Notes: generated by a model from the letters alone, not told the origin. A DNA stretch of 64,000 nucleotides from Bosea sp. (in: a-proteobacteria) (GCA_039808685.1 JBDHTM010000014.1:1617-65616), one strand, 5' to 3'. Counted from the stretch's first letter, positions 42,597-53,768 are shown. Program-made: numbers and translations.

Positions 42597-42719
42597 CGTT
42601 ACGGCATCAACCCGTTTTTAACGATGTCGACCTAGATTGACTTTCGCCGTGCAGGGCTTACTTGCGCGGCGGACGGGCGCATGCCGCCGTAGATACGGAC
42701 AGGATGTCCCGCTTCGATT

Positions 42720-43838
42720 GTGTCGATCGAAGCTGACGTGGCCGAAGGCCGCGACCCGGCTTCATACCGGATTGGCGAAGGCATGGACGACCTGGTTTCG
42801 GTTCCCGCCCGCACCGATGATCTTGCCGAGCGCGTCGTTGCGGCGATGCGAGAACATGGCTCGCCGAGTTACCCCCGCGCCTTCGAAGTCTGGTACGCCC
42901 ATCTCAGCGGCGAGATGCCGGCTGTCAGCACCGCGATGAACGCCATCATCGCGAGTGACGGTCAAGTCGCCGCCGCCGATATCGATAGCCTCTACGAACG
43001 TTTTATCTCGAGCGAACGCTTTTCGCGCCAGGCCGAGCGCACCAGCCTGCAGGTGCTGAGCGAGATCGACGCCATGATGGGTCTCGTCGACAAGGCGCTC
43101 GGTTCCAGCGAACTCTATCATGGCCGGCTCTGCGCCATGTCCGAGGATGTGCCGCCGGCAACGGACCGCCAAAAGCTGCGCGAATGGGTCGAGGCTCTGG
43201 TGATGTCGACCCGCGAGGAAGTCACGCGCAAGGCGCAACTCGAAGCCGAACTGCGCAACAGCTCGAACGAAATCCGCAATCTGCGCGAGGCGCTGGAATC
43301 GACGCGCGCCGAGGCCCTCACCGACCCGCTGACCGGCCTCGCCAACCGCCGCCATTTCGAGGAGATGCTGCAGAAGTCGGTCGATCAGGCGACTTTGCGG
43401 CGCGAGCCTTTCGCGCTGGTCATGGCCGATATCGATTTCTTCAAGCGCTTCAACGACGCCCATGGCCATCTGACCGGCGACCAGGTGCTGCGCCTCGTCG
43501 CCCGCACGATGAAGGACAAGTTCAAGGACAAGGCGATCATCACCCGCTTCGGCGGCGAGGAATTCGCCATCATCCTCCCCGAGGCCGATCTGATCGCCGG
43601 CAAGTTCGGCGCCGAAACCGTGCGCCAGGCCCTGCTCACCCGCGAACTGATCAAGCGCTCGACCAACGAGAATCTCGGCCGCATCACCATCTCGCTCGGT
43701 GTTTCCAGCTATCGTCGTGGCGACACCGCTGGCTCGCTGATCGACCGCGCCGATCAGGCCCTGATGCAGGCCAAGCGCGACGGCCGCAACCGCACCGTCA
43801 CGGAGGATGCGGTGGAGACCGCGAGCCGCGTCGCCTAG
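42720..43838 (+). CDS. Cytoplasmic diguanylate cyclase (coiled coil plus GGDEF domain, DgcB-like)
   Basis: TDPLTGLANRR, DIDFFKRFND-HGHLTGD and RFGGEEF. The start may be ATG 42783. Confidence 0.9.
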   Translation: MSIEADVAEGRDPASYRIGEGMDDLVSVPARTDDLAERVVAAMREHGSPSYPRAFEVWYAHLSGEMPAVSTAMNAIIASDGQVAAADIDSLYERFISSERFSRQAERTSLQVLSEIDAMMGLVDKALGSSELYHGRLCAMSEDVPPATDRQKLREWVEALVMSTREEVTRKAQLEAELRNSSNEIRNLREALESTRAEALTDPLTGLANRRHFEEMLQKSVDQATLRREPFALVMADIDFFKRFNDAHGHLTGDQVLRLVARTMKDKFKDKAIITRFGGEEFAIILPEADLIAGKFGAETVRQALLTRELIKRSTNENLGRITISLGVSSYRRGDTAGSLIDRADQALMQAKRDGRNRTVTEDAVETASRVA

Positions 43839-43857
43839 CGGCTGCGCTGGCCTCTGC

Positions 43858-44247
43858 TTAGGATGCCGTCAGCGCGCTCTCGCTACGCGGCTTGATCTCG
43901 ACGGATTCACCACAGCCGCAGGCCGAAACCTGATTGGGGTTGTTGAAGACGAAGGTCGAGGAGAACCGGTCCGTCCTGAAGTCGAGTTCGGTCCCGAGCA
44001 GGAACAGCACGGCCTTGGCGTCGACGACCACCGTCGCGTCCTTGTCGGTCACGACCTCGTCGCCCTTGTTGAGCTCTCGCGCGATCTCGAAGGTATATTC
44101 CATGCCGGCGCAGCCGCCCTTCTTGACACCGACCCTGAGGCCGAGCGCCGGTTCGTCCCCGCCGGAGGACTGCGCCATGATCTCGCGGATGCGGGCCGCC
44201 GCAGCGTCGGTCAGCGAAATGACCTTGAGGCCCGGTATCGAAAACAT
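43858..44247 (-). CDS. sufA: A-type Fe-S carrier (SufA/IscA, HesB family)
   Basis: GVKKGGCAGMEY and NPNQVSACGCGES; RBS GGAGG before ATG 44247. Confidence 0.9.
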   Translation of the reverse strand: MFSIPGLKVISLTDAAAARIREIMAQSSGGDEPALGLRVGVKKGGCAGMEYTFEIARELNKGDEVVTDKDATVVVDAKAVLFLLGTELDFRTDRFSSTFVFNNPNQVSACGCGESVEIKPRSESALTAS

Positions 44248-44479
44248 CTGTTTCCCTCCTCGACCGGGTTCAAGGCCCGGTGAAGCAAGATTGTTCCCGA
44301 CAACATAGGGATCGGCAGGGCTTTCGTCGAGATGCCGCCGGCGTGCCATGCGCCCCGTATCCGCCCCACGCATTGCGGAACCGCCCCGCTCATGCACTCT
44401 GACGCTTCAGAAGCCCGAGGCCCAAAACCTCTTTTAGCAAACTCTTCCAACAAGACCTCGTCCAAACGGCAGGAAACCC

Positions 44480-45547
44480 ATGGCGCATCGTCTGCACCGC
44501 CCCGAATCGCTGCACGCCCTCGTCCGCGACATGGTCGTGAAGGCCGGCTGGACCGAGGCTGAGGCGCAGGAGACGGCCGATCATCTCGTCCTCGCCAATC
44601 TCAGCGGCCATGACAGCCATGGCGTCGGCATGCTGCCGCTCTATTTCCAGTCGCTGGCGGATGGCAATCTCAGCCCGGCCTCGCAGCCGCAGACGCGCGT
44701 CGATGCCGCCCCCTTCCTGATCATCGACGGCAAGATCGCGCTGGGCCAGCCGAACGCCCGCAACGCGGTCGATCGCGCCATCACCATGGCGCAGGCCGGC
44801 GGCGTCGCCATCGTCAACCTGCTCGATTCGCACCATATCGGCCGCATCGGCCACTATGCTGAGGTCGCGGCGAATGCCGGGCTGATCTCGTTCTTCTGGG
44901 TCAATGTCGCCGGCCGTCCGCCCATCGTCGCGCCCTATGCGGCGAAGGAAGCCCGCTTCGGCACCAACCCCCATGCCATCGGCATACCCGTCCCCGGCGG
45001 CGATCCGCTGATCCTCGATTTCGCCACCAGCCGCATGGCCCATGGCAAGGCGCGCGTCGCCCTCAACAAGGGCGAGCAGGTGCCGCCGGGCTACATCATC
45101 GACGGCGAGGGCCGCCCGACCACCGACCCCGCCCATGTCTTCGCCAGCCCCGACCACCCGCTCGGCGCGCTCCTGCCCTTCGGCGATCACAAGGGCGCCG
45201 GCCTGTCGTTGATAGCCGAGTTGCTCTCGGCCGGATTGATGGGCGCGGCACGCATCGACCAGAAGCCGCAGAAGACCTGGGTGATCAACTCGCTCTTCGG
45301 CATCATCATCGACCCGGCCCGGCTGGAGCCCGATGCGGAGCTGCGCCGCAGCCGCACCGAGAGCTATCTCGCCTTCGTCCGTGCCGCGAAGCCGATGGAC
45401 CCGGCCAATCCGGTGCTCGCCCCCGGCGATAAGGAGCGCAAGGTCAGGATCGAGCGGCAGGCGGCCGGCATCCCGCTCGACGCCGAAACCTGGTCGCAGA
45501 TCGTGGCCGCCGCCAGGCGGCACGGCATCGACGCCGACAGCTACTGA
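44480..45547 (+). CDS. Malate/lactate/ureidoglycolate dehydrogenase (Ldh_2 family, YbiC-like)
   Basis: GHDSHG, HHIGRIG, GTNP, LDFATS and PFGDHKGAGL motifs. Confidence 0.9.
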   Translation: MAHRLHRPESLHALVRDMVVKAGWTEAEAQETADHLVLANLSGHDSHGVGMLPLYFQSLADGNLSPASQPQTRVDAAPFLIIDGKIALGQPNARNAVDRAITMAQAGGVAIVNLLDSHHIGRIGHYAEVAANAGLISFFWVNVAGRPPIVAPYAAKEARFGTNPHAIGIPVPGGDPLILDFATSRMAHGKARVALNKGEQVPPGYIIDGEGRPTTDPAHVFASPDHPLGALLPFGDHKGAGLSLIAELLSAGLMGAARIDQKPQKTWVINSLFGIIIDPARLEPDAELRRSRTESYLAFVRAAKPMDPANPVLAPGDKERKVRIERQAAGIPLDAETWSQIVAAARRHGIDADSY

Positions 45548-45566
45548 GCCAGGAGTCACCGACGCA

Positions 45567-45923
45567 ATGTCGCCCGAAGCCTACAACGCCTTCTGCGCGA
45601 GCCTCCCCGCCACGAGCCATGTCGTGCAATGGGGCGGCGCCGATGTCTGGAAAGTCGGCGGCAAGGTTTTCGCCCTCGGCCGGCAGCAGGAGGACGGCGA
45701 AATGGCCATCTCCTTCAAGTGCTCGCCGATGGCCTTCGATATCCTGAGCGAGCAGCCGGGCCTCAGGCCCGCTCCCTATCTCGCCTCGCGCGGCATGAAA
45801 TGGATCCAGTGGCTCAACGGCGAGAGCATGCCGGACGATGCCCTGCGAGACTATCTCGCCGAGAGCCACCGCCTCGTCGCCGCCGGGCTGACGAGGCGGG
45901 CGCGGGCCGAGCTCGGCCTATAG
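45567..45923 (+). CDS. MmcQ/YjbR-family protein
   Basis: VWKVGGKVFA, PAPYLASRGMKW and YLAESHRLV; RBS AGGAG. Confidence 0.88.
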   Translation: MSPEAYNAFCASLPATSHVVQWGGADVWKVGGKVFALGRQQEDGEMAISFKCSPMAFDILSEQPGLRPAPYLASRGMKWIQWLNGESMPDDALRDYLAESHRLVAAGLTRRARAELGL

Positions 45924-46808
45924 TAGCGCCTCGCCGCGAAACATCTGGGCGCAGGAACCGCCGACAGTCGCACGAATGCCGTCCTCGCCGCGGCGCGCGG
46001 TCAGATGGAGCAGGCTCGGACGGCCCATCTCGACACCCTGCGTCAGCGTGAAGCGCGCGTCCTGCTTGTCACCAAGCAACAGCAGCAAGGCTGCGACCGT
46101 CGCGCTGGCGCTGCCCGTCGCCGGATCTTCCCAGGTGCCGCTGATCGGCGCGAACATGCGCGCTCGGAGGTCGGTGGCGCCGTCCCGCGCATAGAGGAAC
46201 AGCGAGAAACGCCCCTCCAGCCCCGGCGTGCCGTCCCGCACGGCCCGGAACCGGCTCAGGTCCGGCGTGGCGCGCGAAAGCGCCTCCAGCGTGACCTCCG
46301 CGAGAACGAAAAAGACGCCGACAGAAGCGCGCACCGGCTGGTGGTTCGATACGACGATATCGGAAGGCGCAAGGCCTGCGCATGCCGCGATCGCATCGGC
46401 TGGCAGCTCGATGCTCTTGGACAGGGGCTGGGGCGCCGCGATCGTCGCGCCAGTGACGGCGCCGGCGGCATCGCGCGCGACCTTGACCTCGACCAGTCCC
46501 GCGATCTCCTCGAAGCGCAGCACGCCGCCGCGGTCACGGCCATGGCGAGCAAGCACGAAAGCCGTACCGACATTGGGATGCCCGGCGAATGGCATTTCGT
46601 GCGAGCGCGTGAAAATCCGTATGCGGGCGTCATTGGCCGGATCGTCCGGCGGCAGGACGAAGGTCGTCTCGCTATAGTTCATCTCCGCCGCGAGCGACTG
46701 CATCTGCGCATCGGAGAGCCCGCGCGCATCGGTGAAGACGGCGAGCTGGTTGCCGCCGAAAGGACGATCGGTAAAGACGTCGACGGTCTCATAGGGAAAG
46801 CTGGGCAT
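45918..46808 (-). CDS. PhzF-family epimerase/isomerase
   Basis: [37 protein letters not shown] and QGVEMGRPS motifs. Confidence 0.92.
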   Translation of the reverse strand: MPSFPYETVDVFTDRPFGGNQLAVFTDARGLSDAQMQSLAAEMNYSETTFVLPPDDPANDARIRIFTRSHEMPFAGHPNVGTAFVLARHGRDRGGVLRFEEIAGLVEVKVARDAAGAVTGATIAAPQPLSKSIELPADAIAACAGLAPSDIVVSNHQPVRASVGVFFVLAEVTLEALSRATPDLSRFRAVRDGTPGLEGRFSLFLYARDGATDLRARMFAPISGTWEDPATGSASATVAALLLLLGDKQDARFTLTQGVEMGRPSLLHLTARRGEDGIRATVGGSCAQMFRGEALL

Positions 46809-46908
46809 GGCAGGCTCCGGGAGCGGATGACGCACCTATTCCTGCCAGCCGGGCGGGCTCAGCACCAATGAAGCAATGAGATACGATCTATCACGTCGAC
46901 ATGATCGC

Positions 46909-46938
46909 CGTCATTGCGAGCGCAGCGAAGCAATGACG
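46909..46938. repeat. Collapsed CGTC-tagged REP hairpin
   Basis: CGTCATTGCGAGCGCAGCGAAGCAATGACG has the same ends as the 20613-20736 element. Confidence 0.7.
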
Positions 46939-46955
46939 GAGAGCGCAGTGCGCCC

Positions 46956-47339
46956 TCACCACATATCGAGAGCGACGCGCGCCTCGTCGGACATGCGCGA
47001 CTGGTCCCAGGGCGGATCGAAGGTCATATTGACGGTCACGCCGGCAACCCCCGGCACGGCACCGACCGCATTCTCGACCCAGCCCGGCATCTCGCCGGCC
47101 ACCGGGCAACCCGGCGCGGTCAGCGTCATGTCGATCGTGATCTGCCGGTCGTCGGCGATGTCGACGCGATAAATCAGGCCGAGCTCGTAGATGTCCGAGG
47201 GAATCTCGGGGTCGTAGACCGTCTTCAGCGCGGCCACGATATCGTCCGTCAGCCGGTCGATCTCCTCCGGCGGCAGCGCGGTGCCCTTGCCCATGGCGGG
47301 GGCGTTCGGCTTGATGTCTTCGGCGACGCTGTCGGTCAT
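46956..47339 (-). CDS. SUF system Fe-S assembly protein (DUF59/SufT-like)
   Basis: VYDPEIP-DIYELGLIY, MTLTAPGCP and FDPPW motifs. Confidence 0.92.
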   Translation of the reverse strand: MTDSVAEDIKPNAPAMGKGTALPPEEIDRLTDDIVAALKTVYDPEIPSDIYELGLIYRVDIADDRQITIDMTLTAPGCPVAGEMPGWVENAVGAVPGVAGVTVNMTFDPPWDQSRMSDEARVALDMW

Positions 47340-47354
47340 CTCTTCAAATCCCGG

Positions 47355-48593
47355 TCAGGCGAACAGGCTCTCGGCCTTCCGCAGGGCATCGACCAGCTTG
47401 TCCACCTCTTCGAGCGTGTTGTAGAGCCCGAAGGAGGCACGGCAGGTCGATGTCACCCCATATCGTGCCAAAAGCGGCATGGCGCAATGGGTGCCGGCGC
47501 GCACAGCGACACCGGCACGGTCGATCACTGTCGCGACGTCATGGGCATGGGCGCCCTTCATCTCGAAGGCGACGATCGCCCCCTTCTCCCGGGCCTTGCC
47601 GAAGATGCGGATCGAGTTCATCTCGCCGAGCCGCTCCATCGCATAGGCGCCGAGCTTGGCCTCGTGGGCCGCGATGTTCTCGCGCCCGAGCGCCATCATG
47701 TAATCGAGCGCGGCACCAAGCCCAACGGCCTCGACGATCGCCGGCGTGCCGGATTCGAAGCGGTGCGGCGGGTCGTTATAGGTCACGCTGTCTTCGCTGA
47801 CGGTGACGATCATCTCTCCGCCGCCCTCATAGGGCGGCAGCTTGTCGAGCCATTCCTTCTTGCCCCAGAGCACGCCGGAGCCCGTTGGCCCATAGGTCTT
47901 GTGGCCGGTGAAGGCGTAGAAATCGCAGCCCAGCGCCTGGACATCGACCGGCAGGTGCACGGCGCCCTGGCTGCCGTCGACCACCAACGGAATGCCGTAG
48001 GAATGGCAGATCGCGGCGACCTCGGCGATCGGGATGATCGTGCCGATCGCGTTCGACATCTGGGTCAGCGACACCACCTTGGTGCGCGGCGAGATCAACT
48101 TCTCGAATTCCTCGATGAGGAAATTGCCGTCTTCGTCGATCGGCGCCCATTTGATCACGGCGCCATGGCGCTCGCGCCAATAATGCCAGGGCACGATGTT
48201 GGAATGGTGCTCCAGGATCGAGAGGATGATCTCGTCGCCTTCCTGGATCTTCAGGTACCGGCCGAGCGACGAAGCCACCGTGTTGAGCGCGCCGGTGGAG
48301 GAGCGCGTGAACACGATCTCCTCCAGATGCGCCGCGTTCAGGAAGCGGCGCGCGCTTTCGCGAGCCGCCTCATAGGCTTCCGTCGACGCGTTGGCGAGAT
48401 AGTGCAGGCCGCGATGGACATTGGCGTAGTCCTCACGCATCAGCCGCGTCATCGCCTCGATCACCGCTTCGGGCTTCTGGGCCGAGGCGGCATTGTCGAG
48501 ATAGACCAGCGGCTTGCCATAGACCTCCCGGCTCAGGATCGGGAAATCCCTGCGGATGGCCAGGACGTCGTAGGGCTTCGCCAGCGCGTTCAT
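47355..48593 (-). CDS. sufS: Cysteine desulfurase SufS
   Basis: YLDNAASAQKP, HHSNIVPW, TGHK and RAGTHCA (group II) motifs. Confidence 0.95.
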   Translation of the reverse strand: MNALAKPYDVLAIRRDFPILSREVYGKPLVYLDNAASAQKPEAVIEAMTRLMREDYANVHRGLHYLANASTEAYEAARESARRFLNAAHLEEIVFTRSSTGALNTVASSLGRYLKIQEGDEIILSILEHHSNIVPWHYWRERHGAVIKWAPIDEDGNFLIEEFEKLISPRTKVVSLTQMSNAIGTIIPIAEVAAICHSYGIPLVVDGSQGAVHLPVDVQALGCDFYAFTGHKTYGPTGSGVLWGKKEWLDKLPPYEGGGEMIVTVSEDSVTYNDPPHRFESGTPAIVEAVGLGAALDYMMALGRENIAAHEAKLGAYAMERLGEMNSIRIFGKAREKGAIVAFEMKGAHAHDVATVIDRAGVAVRAGTHCAMPLLARYGVTSTCRASFGLYNTLEEVDKLVDALRKAESLFA

Positions 48594-48597
48594 CGGT

Positions 48598-48807
48598 TCA
48601 GGCCTTTCCGGGCGTGGCCGGGGCCTTGTCGGCGACGAGCTCGCCGCCATGGCCCCAATCCTCACGCTCGATCTCCTGGATCACGATATGGGTGTTCTGC
48701 GGGTTCTTGCCGAGCACCTTGACCAGCGTTTCCGTGAATTCCTTCACGATCTGTGCCTTCTGCTGGCGCGAGGCGCCCTTCGTGATCTGGAGATTGATAT
48801 AGGGCAT
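48598..48807 (-). CDS. 4-oxalocrotonate tautomerase family protein
   Basis: M-P start (catalytic Pro-1), 69 aa; QKAQIVKEFT...VLGK...HIVIQE...WGHGG beta-alpha-beta pattern. Confidence 0.88.
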   Translation of the reverse strand: MPYINLQITKGASRQQKAQIVKEFTETLVKVLGKNPQNTHIVIQEIEREDWGHGGELVADKAPATPGKA

Positions 48808-50156
48808 CAGACGGTGCTCACCTCGGAAGCGGCCTCGCGGGCCTTCAGCCAGGCCTCGACCTCGGCCATGACCAGTTCGCGGACAGTCTCGTCGCCGACG
48901 AACTCGACCGCCTCGCCGGCGAAGGCCTGCAGCACCAGCGCCTCGGCCTGCGGACGCGGCAGGCCGCGCGCCATCAGGTAGAAGAGCTGATCGCCATCGA
49001 TCTGCGCAACCGTCGCGCCATGGCCGCAGACCACGTCGTCGGCGAAGATCTCAAGCTCGGGCTTGTTGTACATCGAGGCGCCGTCGTTGAGCAGCAGCGC
49101 GTTGCTCTTCATGCCGCCATCGGTCTTCTGCGCGTATTTGCGCACGATGACTTTGCCCTGAAACACGCCGGTCGCCTCGCCGCCCGCGATCGTCTTGAAC
49201 AGCTCGCGGCTGGTGCCGTGCGGCACCTCGTGATCGACGATCAGCGTGACGTCGGAATGCTGCGCCTTGTTGATCAGGTTGACGCCGCGCAGGCCGATCT
49301 CGCTATGCTCGCCGGCAAAGCGAACGAAATGCTGCTGGCGCACCGTGCCGGCATTGGCGACAAGCGCGAAGGAATCGAATTTCGCGTGAGCACCGACCGT
49401 GGCGAGCAGGCTCTGCACCTCGACCGTCGCCGCCTGCTGGCGGGTAACGAGGCGGACATGCCGGATCTCGCTCTCGTCGCTGGTCTCGAAGACGATCGCG
49501 CCGTTGATCTGCTGCGCGGCCTCACCTGCGGCTTCGCTGACCTCGACCACCGTGCCCTTGGCGCCCCTGCCGGCGAGCACGACCGAACGATGGAACACCG
49601 CCCGCTCTTCGTCACCGGAAGCCAGCGCGACGATCACAACCGGCCGCGCGAGCTCGACACCATCGGCGATCTCGACGAAGATGCCGTCGCGCATCAGCGC
49701 GGTGTTGAGCGCGAGGCCCGTGTCGTCGTTGCCGACCGAGGGGCCGGCCAGGATGCGGGTCAGGTCCTCGCGCGGCGACACCAATGCATCGGCGAGCGAC
49801 TGCACCGAGACGCCCTCGGGGATCGCATCGAGCGTGGAAAGCTCCGGCGCGAAGACACCATCGACCAGCACGAGGCGCAGGGCATCGAGCTTCAGCGCGG
49901 TCAGGCGAGCCTTCATCGCCGCGGTGACGGCAGCGCCGCCGGCAAGCGGACGCGCCTCGCGCAACAGCGTGCGCAGGTCGGTATAGCGCCAGGATTCGAG
50001 CCGGCGATGCGGCAGGCCCTTGGCCTCGAAGCCAGCGAAGGCATCCTCGCGCAGCTTGCGCACGGCCGGGCCGCCCGGCAGCTCGGCCTTGCTATCGGCA
50101 TATTGCTGGACGAGCTGCTGTTCAGCAGCCGTCTTCAGCGGGGTGACGATGGCCAT
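48807..50156 (-). CDS. sufD: Fe-S cluster assembly protein SufD
   Basis: ESWRYTDL, FQGKVIV, KPELEIFADDVVCGHGAT and FYLMARG motifs. Confidence 0.94.
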   Translation of the reverse strand: MAIVTPLKTAAEQQLVQQYADSKAELPGGPAVRKLREDAFAGFEAKGLPHRRLESWRYTDLRTLLREARPLAGGAAVTAAMKARLTALKLDALRLVLVDGVFAPELSTLDAIPEGVSVQSLADALVSPREDLTRILAGPSVGNDDTGLALNTALMRDGIFVEIADGVELARPVVIVALASGDEERAVFHRSVVLAGRGAKGTVVEVSEAAGEAAQQINGAIVFETSDESEIRHVRLVTRQQAATVEVQSLLATVGAHAKFDSFALVANAGTVRQQHFVRFAGEHSEIGLRGVNLINKAQHSDVTLIVDHEVPHGTSRELFKTIAGGEATGVFQGKVIVRKYAQKTDGGMKSNALLLNDGASMYNKPELEIFADDVVCGHGATVAQIDGDQLFYLMARGLPRPQAEALVLQAFAGEAVEFVGDETVRELVMAEVEAWLKAREAASEVSTV

Positions 50157-50908
50157 CAGGCAGCCTCCCCATAGGACGCGTAGCCCGACTTCTCGAGCTC
50201 AAGCGCCAGCTCCTTGCCGCCGGTCTTCACGATCCTGCCCTTCGACATGACGTGGACGGTGTCCGGCACGATATGGTCGAGCAGGCGCTGGTAGTGGGTG
50301 ATGACGAGGAAGCTGCGGTTCTTGGCGCGGAGCGCATTGACGCCCTCGGCGACGATGCGCAGCGCGTCGATGTCGAGGCCGGAATCGGTCTCGTCGAGGA
50401 TGCACATGGACGGCGAAAGCAGAGCCATCTGAAGGATTTCCATGCGCTTCTTCTCACCGCCGGAGAAGCCGACATTGAGCGGGCGGCGCAGCATGTCCTT
50501 GGCGATGCCGAGCTTGTCGGCGGCGGCGTTGACCTGCTTGATGAAGTCCGGCGTCAGCAATTCGTCCTGCCCGCGCGCCTTGCGCTGCGCGTTCATGGCA
50601 GCCTTCAGGAAGGTCATGGTGGCGACGCCGGGGATCTCCAGCGGGTACTGGAAGGCGAGGAAGATCCCGGCAGCGGCGCGGGCATCGGCCTCCATCTCCA
50701 GCACGTTCTCGCCGTTGAGCAGAATCTCGCCATCGAGAACCTCATAGTCCTCCTTGCCGGCGATGACATAGCTCAGCGTCGACTTGCCGGAGCCGTTCGG
50801 CCCCATGATGGCGGCGACCTCGCCGTCGTTCACGGTGAGGTTCAGGCCATTGAGGATCTGCTTGTCCTCGTCGGCGATCTTGACGACCAGATTGCGAATT
50901 TCGAGCAT
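50156..50908 (-). CDS. sufC: Fe-S cluster assembly ATPase SufC
   Basis: [30 protein letters not shown] and [12 protein letters not shown] motifs. Confidence 0.96.
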   Translation of the reverse strand: MLEIRNLVVKIADEDKQILNGLNLTVNDGEVAAIMGPNGSGKSTLSYVIAGKEDYEVLDGEILLNGENVLEMEADARAAAGIFLAFQYPLEIPGVATMTFLKAAMNAQRKARGQDELLTPDFIKQVNAAADKLGIAKDMLRRPLNVGFSGGEKKRMEILQMALLSPSMCILDETDSGLDIDALRIVAEGVNALRAKNRSFLVITHYQRLLDHIVPDTVHVMSKGRIVKTGGKELALELEKSGYASYGEAA

Positions 50909-50922
50909 CGTTTCGTTCCTGT

Positions 50923-51026
50923 GTCATCCCGTGCGCGGTGCGGCACGAAAGTGCTGCGCCGCAGACACGGGACCGTGTTGTCCAGTGCTAACTCTGATGA
51001 CGGTCCCGCAGCGCTTGCGGAATGGC
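50923..51026. repeat. GTCAT-type palindromic repeat between sufB and sufC
   Basis: GTCATCCCGTGCGCGGTGCGGCA...GCAGACACGGGACCGT...ACGGTCCCGC; related to 57444-57576. Confidence 0.75.
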
Positions 51027-51031
51027 CGCCC

Positions 51032-52504
<1,473 letters not shown>

Positions 52505-52565
52505 GTCTACTCTCCAGTCGCGGGTTCAAGAGCCCGCCGGTTCAGTCTTCATATTGCGGAATGCG

Positions 52566-53768
52566 TCAGGCGGCAGCCTTGGCACTCCGATCGGGTTGCG
52601 CGGCCACGAGCTTTCCGTAGACCGCAAGAAAGAGATCGATATCCGCCTCGCAGGTGGTCCATCCGAGCGAAGCCCGCAAGGCCCCTGTGCTCATGGCAGG
52701 GTCGATTTTCATCGCATCGAGCACATGCGAGCGCTTGACCTTGCCCGAGGAACAGGCCGAGCCGGAGGACAATGCCACCCCGGCGAGGTCGAGCTTGATC
52801 AGGACGGTCTCTGCCTTGAGGCCCGGCGTCGCGAAGGCGCTGGTATTGGGCAGGCGCGGTGCGGCCTGAGCGAAAACCTCCGTCTCCGGCGAGAGCGCTG
52901 CAAGCCCGACCTCCAGACGGTCGCGCAGGCCGGCAAGCCGTGCTGCTTCCTCGGTCAGAATCTTACACGCGATCTCAGCCGCTGCGCCGAAGCCAATGAT
53001 TCCCGGCAGGTTTTCGGTTCCAGCACGCCAGCCGCGCTCCTGCCCGCCGCCGCGCATCGGCTTGTCGGCGAGTTCGAGAGCGCCGGTGCGGAACACGATC
53101 GCGCCAATGCCCTTCGGCCCACCGGTCTTGTGCGCCGAGAGCGTCAGCACATCGGCGCCGAGCGCCGCGATATCGATAGCGATCTTGCCGGCTGCCTGCA
53201 CGGCATCGCTATGCATGAGGCCGCCATGGCGATGAATAATCGCGGCCGCCTCGGCGATCGGCTGGATCACGCCGGTCTCGTTATTGGCGAGATGGATCGA
53301 GACGAGCGCGCGGGCACCGGGATTTTCGGCCACAAAGCGGGTCAGCCGCGCATCGAGCCAAGCGAGATCGACAAGGCCATTGCCGTCGACCGGGATCGCC
53401 TCGACAGCGCTGGCCGGGAAACGATGCCCGTCGCGCACGCAGGCATGCTCGGTCGCGCTATGGAGCAGCAACGTCGCGGGCGTCCGCACGCAGTCGCGGC
53501 CGCCGTCGCAATCCATCAAGCCGGGCGAGAGCACGGCGACATTCGCCTCGGTGCCGCCGCTGGTGAAGACGACGTTGGAGGCCTTGGCACCGACGAGCTT
53601 CGCGACCTGCTCGCGCGCCCGCTCCATGGCGGCGCGCGCGGCACGCCCCTCGCCATGGACGGAGGACGGATTGCCCGGCAGTGTCAGCGCATGCGCGACC
53701 GCTTCCACCACCTCCGGTCGCACCGGGGTCGTGGCGTTATGGTCGAGATAGGCGCGTCCCGCCGTCAC
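52566..53768 (-). CDS. Group I cysteine desulfurase (NifS/IscS-like) heading the suf cluster
   Basis: YLDHNATTP, GNPSSVH, SGGTEAN, SAHK and SSGSACSSG motifs; GTG start estimated. Confidence 0.92.
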   Translation of the reverse strand: MTAGRAYLDHNATTPVRPEVVEAVAHALTLPGNPSSVHGEGRAARAAMERAREQVAKLVGAKASNVVFTSGGTEANVAVLSPGLMDCDGGRDCVRTPATLLLHSATEHACVRDGHRFPASAVEAIPVDGNGLVDLAWLDARLTRFVAENPGARALVSIHLANNETGVIQPIAEAAAIIHRHGGLMHSDAVQAAGKIAIDIAALGADVLTLSAHKTGGPKGIGAIVFRTGALELADKPMRGGGQERGWRAGTENLPGIIGFGAAAEIACKILTEEAARLAGLRDRLEVGLAALSPETEVFAQAAPRLPNTSAFATPGLKAETVLIKLDLAGVALSSGSACSSGKVKRSHVLDAMKIDPAMSTGALRASLGWTTCEADIDLFLAVYGKLVAAQPDRSAKAAA

